Source: Epithemia pelagica (taxonomy: Eukaryota; Protista; Bacillariophyta). Taken from it: a stretch of DNA of 64,000 nt. The stretch lies in NCBI GenBank assembly GCA_946965045.2, contig OX337231.1:496001-560000 (forward strand). The letters run 5' to 3'. Under the pieces are notes generated by a model. It made no database searches and had not been told where the DNA came from. It saw nothing but the letters and a program-made list of their open reading frames with translations. The translations under genes were made by a program, and so were the position numbers. Positions 35,567 to 47,100 of the stretch are shown in pieces (position 1 is the stretch's first letter; every line of letters begins with the position of its first letter).

Positions 35567-36167
35567 CCCGTTGTGCCGATAGATACCTTACGTTGTCTCG
35601 GGCTCGCCGAAGATCGTGCCCACTGTCTGTGTGCACGAGGACTTGTTTATCCGACACCTTGGCCACCACTCCAGTGCCGTCTCTGATTGTTGGAGCCCGA
35701 CCGAAACGAGCTGCAGGGTTCACAATCCTGACGATGTCGCCCACACAAAAGATTCGACGTCTTGGGTGGATGATATATCGGATTCCTGTGACGTTGGACG
35801 TCCACAGTGTACAGCCGGACCGTAGGGCGGTTCTCTCTTCTGGAGTGTAGTTCACCTGACGATCCGTTCTTGGGGAAAAGGTGCCGACAACTTCAACACT
35901 TGAGCTCGCCACGCTTGCACTGGAAACGGATTCTCGACTTGTCCTGAGGGTTCTAGGTTGTTCTTCGTGCGATTCGTCTTCGTCTTCGCTGTCTCCCGTT
36001 TCGTACCCACTTGGTTGGGCCCTTGCCACGGGTGGATTGACCCCCAACTCCGTTGGTGGATCGCGTAGGTCCTTGAGTTTCCGGACAATCTCCTGTTGAC
36101 GGACACTCAATTCGTCAAGGTCTTGTATAAGTTCGTCGATTTCTTGTTGTCGAGAGGGTGTACTCAT
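35493..36167 (-). CDS. Extra upstream ORF0 of element 2 (224 aa)
   Basis: Homologous to 7197-7922 and overlaps the gag start in the same relative frame. Confidence 0.8.
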   Translation of the reverse strand: MSTPSRQQEIDELIQDLDELSVRQQEIVRKLKDLRDPPTELGVNPPVARAQPSGYETGDSEDEDESHEEQPRTLRTSRESVSSASVASSSVEVVGTFSPRTDRQVNYTPEERTALRSGCTLWTSNVTGIRYIIHPRRRIFCVGDIVRIVNPAARFGRAPTIRDGTGVVAKVSDKQVLVHTDSGHDLRRARDNVRYLSAQRDEQFSRVQPVKPGRRPNYARYHAA

Positions 36168-36190
36168 GAATGAAAGCAGTGAAAAAGATT

Positions 36191-36204
36191 TTCTTTGGAA
36201 ACAA
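36191..36204 (-). promoter_or_regulatory. Non-tRNA PBS of element 2, complementary to its own LTR
   Basis: Sense TTGTTTCCAAAGAA is the exact reverse complement of the sense LTR segment 36296-36283. Confidence 0.75.
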
Positions 36205-36503
36205 TGTTGAGCAGAATGGTTTGGCCGTCAGCTTTTACCACTTTACTGTAAAATTGAACGTAATCCTATTTTACTGGCTTGATTGTTTCCAAAGAATGAG
36301 CTCTAGGTTCATTTGTTGGCGATTTGTTCGCCTTGCCTCTTCTGACTACGTCAGCGAACGTCACGCGTGCGGAGCTCGTCCTGCTTGTTTTGTTCTCCAT
36401 AGTATTCTTCATTGTCTTTGGTCTTGCTTTCATTGTCTTTGGTCTTGCTTCGCCAGGCGTTCCCGCGTCGCAGTGTTTTCTTACTTGCTCATTATTTCCA
36501 ACA
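36205..36503 (-). repeat. 5' LTR of Copia element 2
   Basis: Direct repeat of 30235-30533. Confidence 0.95.
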
Positions 36504-37601
36504 ATGACATTGAAAGAACAGGCATGGCAGTCGGACCTTGTTCTTTTGGAAGAGACGTCAGAATGGAATGAAGACGACTGGCCCCTTCTAGAGGGTGGAT
36601 GGCGTTCGTTTCATGCGTCAGTCGTGCTGGATCATCCCAACAGCAACAACAACGGACAAACGGTCGTCGTGTTGGGTGGGTGTCAAGAATTTCAAGGCGC
36701 TGTCAACTCTGTTTTTCTGCTAAATTTAGCAGAACCTAACAAACAGTGGCGACAAGGGCCACCCATGAACAAGAAACGTGACGCACATGCCGCTGTTGTG
36801 TGCAACGGAGGGATCTACGTTATGGGAGGACAAAATGGTGAATATTTAGCGTTAGATTGTATGGAACGGATTGATGCCATTGATTTGCTGGAATCATCTT
36901 TAACAAACCGCAGCACACATGAGAGCAATTGGGCAACATTGAGTTGTCGCTTATCAGCGGGAAGAGCAGGATGTTGTGCAGCTGCGGTTCACAATAGATA
37001 CATTGTGGTAATGGGCGGATCGAACAGGGCATACTTATCGTCGGTGGATATTATTGATACCCGCAACCATACCGTCATTGAAGGACCATTCATGAACGTT
37101 CCTCGATCATGTTGTGCCAGCGCGGTCGTTGGCCAGCGAATCTTTGCCGTGGGAGGCGAAAACGATTACAACGCATTTGATTCGGTGGAGTATTTGGAAA
37201 TTGCAAAGCCTCATGACAAGGTAGACACTGCGTCTACAGTCATTTCCTCCTCGTTCTCTTGGACCATGTATTCGGATTCTCTGCTGTCCAATCCAAGAGA
37301 TGCGTGTACAGCGGGAGCTGTGGGATCTTGTCTGGTTGTGGTTGGAGAGCGCATTCCAACCGTACAAGTCTTGGATACGCATCGCTACCGCGAGTGGAAT
37401 CTCCCATCCTTGCCAGAAGAACGTGTGCGCTGCAGTTTGGTAACGGTTGCGAATCAAATTGCTGTGATTAGTGGACTTCGGAATTCTTCCTGTTTGACAT
37501 TACCACTCATGGACAAGCATACATGGATTTTCTGCCGACTCGTTGAGAAGTTTCCACACGGATGGCATCATTGTGTAGCCGATGGAACACCCTCCACCTA
37601 G
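36504..37601 (+). CDS. Kelch-repeat protein, copy A (original first codons stranded at 30224 by the Copia insertion)
   Basis: Kelch motifs (WRQGPPMNKKRDAHAAVVCNGGIYVMGG, YIVVMGG, IFAVGG); paralog of 40751-41842. Confidence 0.8.
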   Translation: MTLKEQAWQSDLVLLEETSEWNEDDWPLLEGGWRSFHASVVLDHPNSNNNGQTVVVLGGCQEFQGAVNSVFLLNLAEPNKQWRQGPPMNKKRDAHAAVVCNGGIYVMGGQNGEYLALDCMERIDAIDLLESSLTNRSTHESNWATLSCRLSAGRAGCCAAAVHNRYIVVMGGSNRAYLSSVDIIDTRNHTVIEGPFMNVPRSCCASAVVGQRIFAVGGENDYNAFDSVEYLEIAKPHDKVDTASTVISSSFSWTMYSDSLLSNPRDACTAGAVGSCLVVVGERIPTVQVLDTHRYREWNLPSLPEERVRCSLVTVANQIAVISGLRNSSCLTLPLMDKHTWIFCRLVEKFPHGWHHCVADGTPST

Positions 37602-38366
37602 TACCACCTCCATGACACTGGCTTGGTGAACTATGCAAACTGTGGCATGTTGGTCCTACAGTGGGGAAAGTACATTATATACTTCTCATTTTGTGCTCTT
37701 GAATATAGTTGTCTTATTCTCTGCATGGCGATAACTTCTTGTGAAAGTAAACAATGAAATCATGTTCAACAGTGTCCCCGGTATGACACAACCCAAACCC
37801 TCTTCTATACAAACGTGTATGCCACTACACGGCATACAAAACAGTGTACGTAGGAACATATTGCTTCTGGATCGAATCAAAAAGTCTCGGAACCAAACAC
37901 ACTCCTGGTTTTGTGAATGAGACAAATCATAACGATCTGTAGAGGATTAGTGCCCGGCAGTGAAGTTGCGTGGCGGTGGTAGTGGTGGTGATTGTCGTCG
38001 TCGTTTACAGTACCCACTACCTATTGAGATAACTTGTTAAGAAAGTAGACACTAAAATCATGTTCTACAGTGATACAACCCAAACCTTTCTGTATACAAA
38101 AGTGAATGCCACTATACAGCATACGGACAATACGGTGTTGCAACAAGTCATGTGGCTCAACCAAGATTATGACTGTACCTCTAGAGGAACCTATGGTAGG
38201 TAGACCCGTAGCTACTGGATCGAATCAAAAAGTCTTGGAACCAAACCCACACTCCTGGTTTTGTGAAGGAAACGAACCAATACGATCTCTGGGATGAGTG
38301 CTCGGCAGTTAAGTTGCGTGGCGGCGGTGGTCGTCGTCGTGTACAGTTCCCGAAGAACCCTTTCTT

Positions 38367-38805
38367 TTACCAGTCACAGGGTTTGACACCTTCTCCATAA
38401 TTGCCATGCCAAAATTGACCCGATGTTTCCACAGTAATATTTTCGTGAATGGCTTGCAAGACGCCGTGCACACACTCATCCACGGGTCGTTGGCCCGGCA
38501 TGGGTTCCTGGTCCTTATTGCCCAAGGCTTTGGGCAAATCGTGACTGAGTGACTTGCCAATCATGTTGACGGCCGTCTTGGCGGCGCGGTACGCATAGGC
38601 ACCGCCCGACGTATTGTCGGCAATGGATCCCACCAACGACGACAAAATGGCCACCTTGACCACAACACTGTCATCCTCCTCCTCCTGGTCCGTATAGGCA
38701 ACGGCCGCACGAAGAATGGGCAAGAGGGCCTTGGTCACAAACAAGGGTGCCACGGCATTGAGTTGAAACGCATACATCATGCGATGCGGAGTACTGGTAT
38801 CCAAG
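38367..38805 (-). pseudogene. SDR copy 2, 5'-truncated and internally deleted
   Basis: Matches the C-terminal half of copy 3 but lacks the Rossmann motif and the ~25-aa VAVGLVHPG segment; joined to kinase-remnant DNA at ~38870. Confidence 0.8.
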
Positions 38806-38869
38806 TTTTGAGTTGGAACCAACTCATTGTGACCGTAAGACGCAAAAACAAACACAACCGATGACCCAA

Positions 38870-40520
38870 CCAATGTGACGCCATCGTTGATCTGATTCTC
38901 CTAAGTAGTTGTGATGCTTCACAAAGCAGGTTTCCAAACGCAGTCAAATCTCAGTCAGCAACTCGCTTCGTTCTTGCTCTTTCGGATGCTTTAAGTAGGG
39001 GTGGATAACAGACTGCATCCCATCCAAGCAATGCTTTGCCAAACATATATCCCTTCAGCTCGTTGCCGTACACATGTTCTTGTACGCTTGACCCTCATTT
39101 GGAACCGCCGCCTTGGCATTCGCCTCATAATCCTTTTGGATCCGAGGCAGTTTGGTGGCATGGCGACGTTGGACGTACATCGTTACAACAACGTCGCAGC
39201 CGTCCAACGTCAGTACACGGTATGCGTTCGACGTTGTCCCCGTACCAAGGTGATCCACCAAGTATAATGTGCTGGACTTGTTCCATGGCCAATCCTAATC
39301 CAGTCCCAATCTCTTTTCCTCTTGGCGCCCTTGTAGGTTGCTCGAAGATTACCTCATATGTGGGAATGCTTCTCCAGGCAAAGAACCTCTGCTTCATCCG
39401 TTCGATTTTCGCGAAAGGGATGAATGCCACGAGGATAAAAAAGCCGTCCAGAGAGCAGAACATGGCGCTGACAAACGCTCCCACCAACCACCAAGCCACT
39501 TGCCAAACCCTCGCTGGAACAAATTACACGGCCTCTCCGGTTGGGGGTGAAACCCTCTTGTTCATGATCCAAGACGACGACAGCGGCAGACTGTGAGACG
39601 CCACCACTTCCTCTCTCACTGCCGATGGAGTGCTGGTGCCGTCCGCCGCGCCACCTTGTGCGCCACCATCTCGTGCACCAGGGAGATCTCTCACAATGCG
39701 ATCAATTCGTTCAGGCGAGTACTCATATATCTGAAGGTCAAGCACTTCTTGAGAAGCATTGTTCTCCAGCCAGACCATTAGGTTTTATCATAACAAGTAA
39801 TCGCTCCGAATGGGTTTGGATGCCCCTTTGCCGGCATTTCACTAAGTTGATATAAACCTGCCCGAAAGCCTCTGTCGTTTGATTTCCCATACCATACAGA
39901 AAATACCGGGGCATTGGAATAGACATCAAAGACAACGGCACGACCCAATACACTGGGAAACAGTGGAGACTCACGCCGCACATACAGTACCATCGGCGGC
40001 GACAGATTCGATGCTTGGGCTTGTTTCGATTGAATGAGACTGGATATAGTTGTTGCATCCAGTAAGGCTTTATCGACCACCGTGTAGACGTCGGATTCAG
40101 TTTCCTACTGCAGACCATTTGGTTATGTGCATCCGGAGACTACCACCCCTTTCTTCAAGGCCGAGCCCAAGCGTCGTGTTTACGGCAACGAGATCTGGGA
40201 CGACAAAGTCTGGGATCTTTCTTCAAGAACGTCCGCCGGTTTGTGTTTTGGGTCTTGGTGAGATCTTTGTGAGTCCAACTCTGCGGAATCTCGCCCACTG
40301 CGTCACCAGGTAAGACGCAAAGCATGGAAATCTGTCTTTTTTTTCTCTTGATGCTCTTCTTTTTCAATTTCCGGTTTTCTTCTTCGTGTTGCCTTTTCAG
40401 GTCTTCTTTCAGTTTTCGCAATTCTTCTTCGTGTTGCCTTTTCAGGTCTTTCATCTCATTTTGCAAGTCTTGCAACGTTGCGGGAAGGAGAAGCTCATAG
40501 TTACGACATCTACGAGTAGC
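38870..40520 (-). pseudogene. Degenerate coiled-coil + kinase-like gene, copy B
   Basis: N-terminal MQDLQNEMKDLKRQHEEE... and fragments such as LGTGTTSNAYRVLTLDGCDVVV, with multiple stops and frameshifts. Confidence 0.55.
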
Positions 40521-40750
40521 TGTCGTTGGGGGTGCGTGACGAACTCACACGCATGTCAGATATTTTTGCTGTCACGTCTCACGTCGTGAACTCCTTTAAG
40601 TACCTCCCAGCGGTTACGTTTTGAAGGTAGTAAATTTCAGCGTGAAAGCCACAACGAATCAAACCTGGCGTTTACTTTCAAGTCTGCCGCGGGGTGGAAG
40701 GGAGGCACAACTTTGCTTCTTTCGATTTTCGATGCACATAAACTTTCAGC

Positions 40751-41842
40751 ATGACACTAACATTGAAAGAACAGGCATGGCAGTCGGACCTTGTTCTTTT
40801 GGACGAGACGTCAGAATGGAATGAAGACGACTGGCCTCTTCTTGAGGGTGGAGACCGTATGTTTCATGCGTCAGTCGTGCTGGATCATCCCAACAACAAC
40901 AGACAAACGGTCGTCGTGTTGGGAGGATATCACCACGGTCGCGGTGCTCTCAACTCTGTTCTTCTACTAAATTTAGCAGAACCAAACAAACAGTGGCGAC
41001 AAGGGCCACCCATGAACAAGAAGCGTGACTCGCATGCCGCTGTTGTGTGCAATGGCGGCGTTTACACAATGGGAGGACCCGGGTTAGATTGTATGGAACG
41101 GATTGATGCCATTGATTTGCTGCAATCATCTTTAACAAACAGCAGCACGCATGTGGGAAATTGGACGACATTGAAGTGTCGCTTATCAACTGAACGAAGA
41201 CGATGTTGTGCTGCTGCGGTTCACAATAGATACATTGTGGTAATTGGCGGATGGAACAGCTGGCAAGACTTATCGTCGGTGGATATTATTGATACCAGCA
41301 ACCGCACCGTCATTGAAGGACCATGCTTGAAGGTTCCTCGATCATTCTGTGCCAGTGCGGTCATTGGTCACCGCATCTTTGTCGTGGGAGGCAAAATCAG
41401 TGACGACGAACGTGACTCGGTGGAGTTTTTGGACTTTCCAAAGCCTCATGACAATGAGGATACTGCGTCTGCAGCCATTTCTCTCTCATCCTCCTGGACC
41501 ACATATTCGGATTTTATAGGTGCTTGTACAGCGGGAGCTGTGGGATCTTGTCTGGTTGTGGTTGCTGAGCGCAATCAAACCGTACAAGTCTTGGATACGC
41601 ATTGCCACCGCGAGTGGAATCTCCCATCCTTGCCAGCAGAACGTGTGCGCTGCAGTATGGTAACGGTTGCGAATCAAATTGCTGTGATTAGTGGACGTCG
41701 GAATCCTTCCTGTTTGACATTACCACTCATGGACAAGCATACATGGATTTTTTGTCGACTCGGTGAGCAGTTTCCAAACGGATGGCATCATTGTGTGGCC
41801 CATGGAACACCCTCTACTACCGCCTCGACACTTTCTTCTTGA
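40751..41842 (+). CDS. Kelch-repeat protein, copy B (intact)
   Basis: 363-aa ORF with repeated GG-containing Kelch motifs. Confidence 0.85.
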   Translation: MTLTLKEQAWQSDLVLLDETSEWNEDDWPLLEGGDRMFHASVVLDHPNNNRQTVVVLGGYHHGRGALNSVLLLNLAEPNKQWRQGPPMNKKRDSHAAVVCNGGVYTMGGPGLDCMERIDAIDLLQSSLTNSSTHVGNWTTLKCRLSTERRRCCAAAVHNRYIVVIGGWNSWQDLSSVDIIDTSNRTVIEGPCLKVPRSFCASAVIGHRIFVVGGKISDDERDSVEFLDFPKPHDNEDTASAAISLSSSWTTYSDFIGACTAGAVGSCLVVVAERNQTVQVLDTHCHREWNLPSLPAERVRCSMVTVANQIAVISGRRNPSCLTLPLMDKHTWIFCRLGEQFPNGWHHCVAHGTPSTTASTLSS

Positions 41843-42273
41843 ACTATGCAAACTGTTGCATGTTTGTCCTTCAGTGGGGAAACTATATATTATAATCATT
41901 CTGCTTTTGAATAGTTGGCTAATTCTCTGCATAGCGGTAACTTCTTGTGAAAGTAGACAATTAAATCATGTTCTACAGTGTCCCCGGCATGGAGAAAGGT
42001 TAAAAAGGTGTGATTCGAAACCCCTCTCTATACCTAAGTGTATGCCACCACGCGGCATGCAATACTGTGGCTAAATGACTACCAAGAGGAACCTATTGTA
42101 GGTAAACCCGTAGCTACTGGATCTAATCAAAAGTCTTGGAACCAAACCCACACTCCTGGTTTTGTAAATGGGACGAACCAATACGATCTGTAGCATTAGT
42201 GCCCGGCAGTAAAGTTGCGTGGTGGTGGTAGTGGTGGTCGTTGTTGTGTACAGTACCCAAAGAACCCTTTCTT

Positions 42274-43140
42274 TTACCAGTCACAGGGTTTGACACCTTC
42301 TCCATAATTGCCATGCCAAAATTGACCCGATGTTTCCAGGGTAATATGTTCGTGAATGGCTTGCAAGACACCCTGTGCACTGACATCCACGGGTCGTTGG
42401 CCCGGCATGGGTTCGGCATTGGGAGCAAAGTCGGTAAAGACAAAGCCGGGATGAACCAGGCCTACCGCCACCTTGGCGGCTGGTGTATCCTGGTCCTGAT
42501 TGCTCAAGGCCTTGGGCAAATCGTGACTGAGTGATTTGCCAATCATGTTGACGGCTGTTTTGGCCGCACGGTATGCATAGGCACCGCCCGACGTATTGTC
42601 GGCAATGGATCCCACCAACGACGACAAAATGGCCACCTTGACCACAACACTGTCATCCTCCTTCTCCTCCTTGTCTGTATTCGCCACGGCCGCACGGAGA
42701 TTGGGCAAGAGGGCCTTGGTCACAAACAAGGGTGCCATGGCATTGAGTTGAAAGGCATACATCATGCGATGCGGAGTAATGGTATCCAAGTTTTGCGAAT
42801 GAAACACGTCTTGCACGGACACGAGCGATTCGTCGGGTGGTCCATAGGCACCGGCATTGTGAATCAACAAATGGACGGGCGTCGGAGAATCGCTGGCCGT
42901 TTGCAAGGCCGTGGTCACGGCCGATCCACCATCAAAGGCGTCTTCTTTCAGCAAATCCAATCCTTCGACCACCTTCAATTTCTCGTCGTTGGAGGCAAGT
43001 TCGGTCAAGGCTGGACTTGTTTTGCGACAAAGGGCATAGATTGCACCGTACCGGTCATTCGACAACAATTGACGACAGAGTTCCAATCCCAACCCCTTGT
43101 TGGCACCGGTAATCACAACATTTTGCAGTTTCGAGGCCAT
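42274..43140 (-). CDS. Short-chain dehydrogenase/reductase, copy 3 (intact)
   Basis: MASKLQNVVITGANKGLGLEL, YAYRAAK; start inferred at 43140 by homology to copy 1. Confidence 0.88.
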   Translation of the reverse strand: MASKLQNVVITGANKGLGLELCRQLLSNDRYGAIYALCRKTSPALTELASNDEKLKVVEGLDLLKEDAFDGGSAVTTALQTASDSPTPVHLLIHNAGAYGPPDESLVSVQDVFHSQNLDTITPHRMMYAFQLNAMAPLFVTKALLPNLRAAVANTDKEEKEDDSVVVKVAILSSLVGSIADNTSGGAYAYRAAKTAVNMIGKSLSHDLPKALSNQDQDTPAAKVAVGLVHPGFVFTDFAPNAEPMPGQRPVDVSAQGVLQAIHEHITLETSGQFWHGNYGEGVKPCDW

Positions 43141-43379
43141 GATGATGTTACAAAAAGCTGCTGCTAGGAATAATGAAATAGAATGTAGAGCAAGAAAAGG
43201 TGTCACTCCCATAGAGTCGATTACAAGTAAATGATCTCGAGAAACAGGAAGGCTCCTATTCAAATGTGTGTGTATCTTGTATCTTCGTTGCCGTTTTGCA
43301 TCCATCTCATGCAGAAAACGGAGCGCGATGGAATCTTTCCAGGAAGATCCAAGATGCTCTTTGGTCAGTAGGACGGACG

Positions 43380-43822
43380 GGGGTGTGGGGTAAACCTGAT
43401 ATTCTCAGACCCATTATCGACCAAGTTTGTAGACCAAAATCACATTACTCATATGAGTAGAATCGATGATGTTTACTACATTATGCTCTTGAAGCTCTTT
43501 GTAGAGGGATTATTGTGATAATTTCTCTGTACCGATAGGTTGTTGAAATCGACCTGGGTCGTTTTTGGGTATGACAGCTTTTTCCTGATCAGACCGGGTC
43601 AGACCCGGTCTGATCAGGAAAAAGCTGTCATACCCAAAAACGACCCAGGTCGATTTCAACAACCTATCGGTACAGAGAAATTATCACAATAATCCCTCTA
43701 CAAAGAGCTTCAAGAGCATAATGTAGTTAACATCATCGATTCTACTCATATGAGTAATGTGATTTTGGTCTACAAACTTGGTCGATAATGGGTCTGAGAA
43801 TATCAGGTTTACCCCACACCCC
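43380..43822. mobile_element. 443-bp fold-back (palindromic) element with a 9-bp TSD, MULE-like MITE
   Basis: Two 221-bp arms around a single A (43601), one mismatch seen; TSD GGACGGACG at 43371-43379 and 43823-43831. Confidence 0.85.
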
Positions 43823-44198
43823 GGACGGACGGCCCGCCCGCCGTCGTGCACGCTGGCGACCTACGTCCGTGTACAATTCTAGTAATGCAAGAGAGAAGGT
43901 GCTCGAAACAAACGGGATTGTCCTTATCTACCTTGAAACTAGAGCAATATATTATAGCAAATGCAGGTTAATGGATGCATTTGAAAATGAGTTCTAGCGA
44001 TAGTTGCGAAAGCCGTTTACTATACCAATACCGAGTTTGGAAAGGAGGGAGCAGACCGTGAAGCGCGGCACCAGGAGAGCGAGTTCCTTTGTCATTCGCG
44101 GTTTTGCTGTCCATCGCGCACAATCCGACTAGGTCGCTGCTAATGTGAAGCAATTGGAAGCAACAGTTTTTTCTGTGTCCATGTCAACAATGAGTTCG

Positions 44199-47100
44199 CT
44201 AGGTTGAATCTTGTTTCTTAAATTGTTGAGCGAATTCCATGAGACGATCCACAGATTCACTCCGGTTCACATCATCCCCACCCTCTGACGAGACCAAATT
44301 GCTGTCATCCTTCTCCTCCCCGCTGCTGGTTTCATTGTCCTTGTGGTCCATGAGGCTAATCTCTACAGGTAGCGACGGTGCATTGTACCGACATCCCAAT
44401 TGCTTTTGAATTTCAACACAAAAACTAGCTACAGCGGCACGACTTTCCTTGACGGGAACCAAGGATTGCCACGTCAAACGATGTTGCAAGACGGCCATAT
44501 ATTCGACAAAGTTTAATTGCGCCTCGACACGGGTGGTACGGAACCCCAACATGGCCTGCCATTCTTGTGGTCGATCTTCGACAAACTTTTCCACGGCCGT
44601 TCGAAAAATACCAATCGTCGAATACGGCACATCGGTTCCGAACCGAACATACACATAGACAATGGGGTTGGGCGATCGATTCATGTTAATGAGGCGACAC
44701 CGAGCGAGGGCACCGTTGGAGAAGCTCGCCACCTCATTGGTACCCATTAACCGAGCAGTCGTGGATACGAGATTAATGTTCTCTACCATCCAATGCGTGG
44801 AACCGTCCAGGTTGGGTGGATCATCCACGTTCGCAATGGCAATCTTGTCCCCCACGTCATAGGGTTGACGACCGAGAATCATCACCACGCCTTCAAAGTA
44901 GGTGGCACTTCCAGGTCCAATCATGAACGAAAAGGCCACAATCAAACTGGACAGGGACACGAGCACGGTAATTGGGTCCAGTCGTAGAATGGCGAGTACG
45001 ACGCACCCCAAGATCAAATAGAACAAGCCATTGATCACCTTTTCGTATTCCCGGTCAATATGAGAAGCATTGTTGACTGCGTATTCCAATAAGCGCACTC
45101 GTTGGTATATTTTATCAATTCCACTGACGAAATCAAGAACGTTTAACCGGTTTTCAATGTCAGGGTTCAACAGCATAATGAGATGAGCGGCACTCTCTTT
45201 TTCCCCGGGACCTTTGCATCCCTTGTTCATCCAGCGAGTCAAATTATCCACATCAATCGTCTCTTCCTCCTCAAACAACAACAACAATCTTCGAAACAGA
45301 CGATCTGCGGACCGAATGCAATCGTTCCGAGAATCCACGGGACCAAAGGCGCTCGAAAAGAAGAATGGTCGAGTCATTACTGCAAACGCTTGGCGGAATG
45401 CAATCACATTGTCCCCCGAAGCATCCTGCCAACAAAAGCGCTGTTGTGAGAGCCTGGATCCTCTGTAATCAATAATGGCCACATGACACGTTCGGAACCT
45501 TTACGCACCTCTCCGTCGTCTCCCTTTGGTTCATCCCAGTCCTCCAATAGTTTTTCATACTCCATGGTCTCTCCAATATAGCTGGACTTGAACAAGGACG
45601 ACCGCTCCGTCCCTTCCTTTCCGAGTCGTTCCGATTCCGAACCCGTCGGCTTCTCGGCAGTCGTTTGGGACGTTGCGGAGGCGGTCGGCCGCCACGGTTG
45701 GGGGTCTTGCTCCTCTTGTTCGGCATAGTCGGATAGCCATTGCGCATAGGTGGCTCCTTGATCGCGTTTTCGTCGGGCCCATACCGCCAGTTCACTAATG
45801 AGTGTCATTTCTTTCATGGTTTCTTCCAATCGGTCATTGAATCGAACTACAGGCAGATTAACGACGACAATGATGACAATCATAGGACACATGTTGAGAG
45901 GTACGACCAAACAGGATTCATACTCTCGAATGAAAACAAACCGCATGGATCCGAGCCACACTGCTGTGACAGAAGAAATAACGTACCATAGAGGCGGACT
46001 CCGAGATGCAAGCCCAACAAGTATCGCTTGAAGGACACGGAAAGGGCTACAATAATCATGACAGCGATAATCCTTCGAAACCAGTCTGCTGTGGCAACGG
46101 TACCACTGGGATTCTCATCATTGAACATTCCAATGGCGTCTTGCCAGTAGAGCCAATGATGATTCAAGCTTCCCTTTCCATACAAGAGCATGGCATCCCA
46201 CAACGCCCACCAAAAGGTCACTGTCACCCAAAGAAATATAATTGCATGAGACACCACAAAACAAGGCAAGTGGTAATAGGACTACCACTACCTGTGCTAC
46301 TACACACACTTGACACGTACCGGACGGCCATCCCTTGCTTTGGACAATAATCAAGGAGACGGCAGGTCCCAAGAGTCGGACCAAAAAGGAATGTTGCAAC
46401 AAGAGCCAATCAATAAAAAAGACATCGGAAAATTTGGCCAATAAAAAGGTGACAACTTGTCGACAGCCCAACCAGAGGATCCACCACGATGCGGATGGTT
46501 TGGGGTCATTGTTGGCATTGGCTCCACAGGGTTCATCCTCCCGGCGGCATCGACCCGTCTATAGAACCGTAAAAAAAAACACCAAATGTGTGGTGCAACA
46601 CCAACCATGGAACGAAAACAGCAAAAACCATTGAGCCATGGTTTCGTGGTTCCGTCATCTACTCCAAACACCACACCACACCACACCACACAAATACACG
46701 ATACACGTACCGGCGGATTGTCCATGCCATAAAACAAAATGGCCGCCAGTGCCAGACTGGGCAAAAGAATGGTACAGAGACAAAAGACAACGTGACGTTG
46801 CAATCGCGCTCGTTTGGGTTGAAAAAAGTCGTGCAAGGAATGAACTTCGTCCTTGGTTTTGAAGACGGCGGCCGTCATTTGTTTGCGCATTACGGCCGAC
46901 AACGACGCCAAGAAGGACGATGCCGAATGGTGACTGTTTCGGCCACCACCACCACCGGCCGCGGCACCCATGCTGGAACGGTGCGACAACGACGTGGTCA
47001 CCAACACGGCGTTCGACGGCTCTTCGTCATCGGGCACCATCACGCCGCCCTCTTCTTCTTGTTGTTCTTGTTCTGTGGCAGTATTGTTGCGAGGCGACGT

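Larger units (their letters stand above)
30235..36503 (-). mobile_element. Full-length Ty1/Copia (CoDi-like) LTR retrotransposon, element 2
   Basis: 299-bp LTRs at 30235-30533 and 36205-36503; TSD ATGAC (30230-30234, 36504-36508); same architecture as element 1 but diverged in sequence. Confidence 0.97.

Noticed and set aside
36324-36503. Hydrophobic N-terminal membrane anchor on Kelch A
   Set aside because: It is the antisense reading of the LTR (identical to 30354 onward) and is absent from paralog B.
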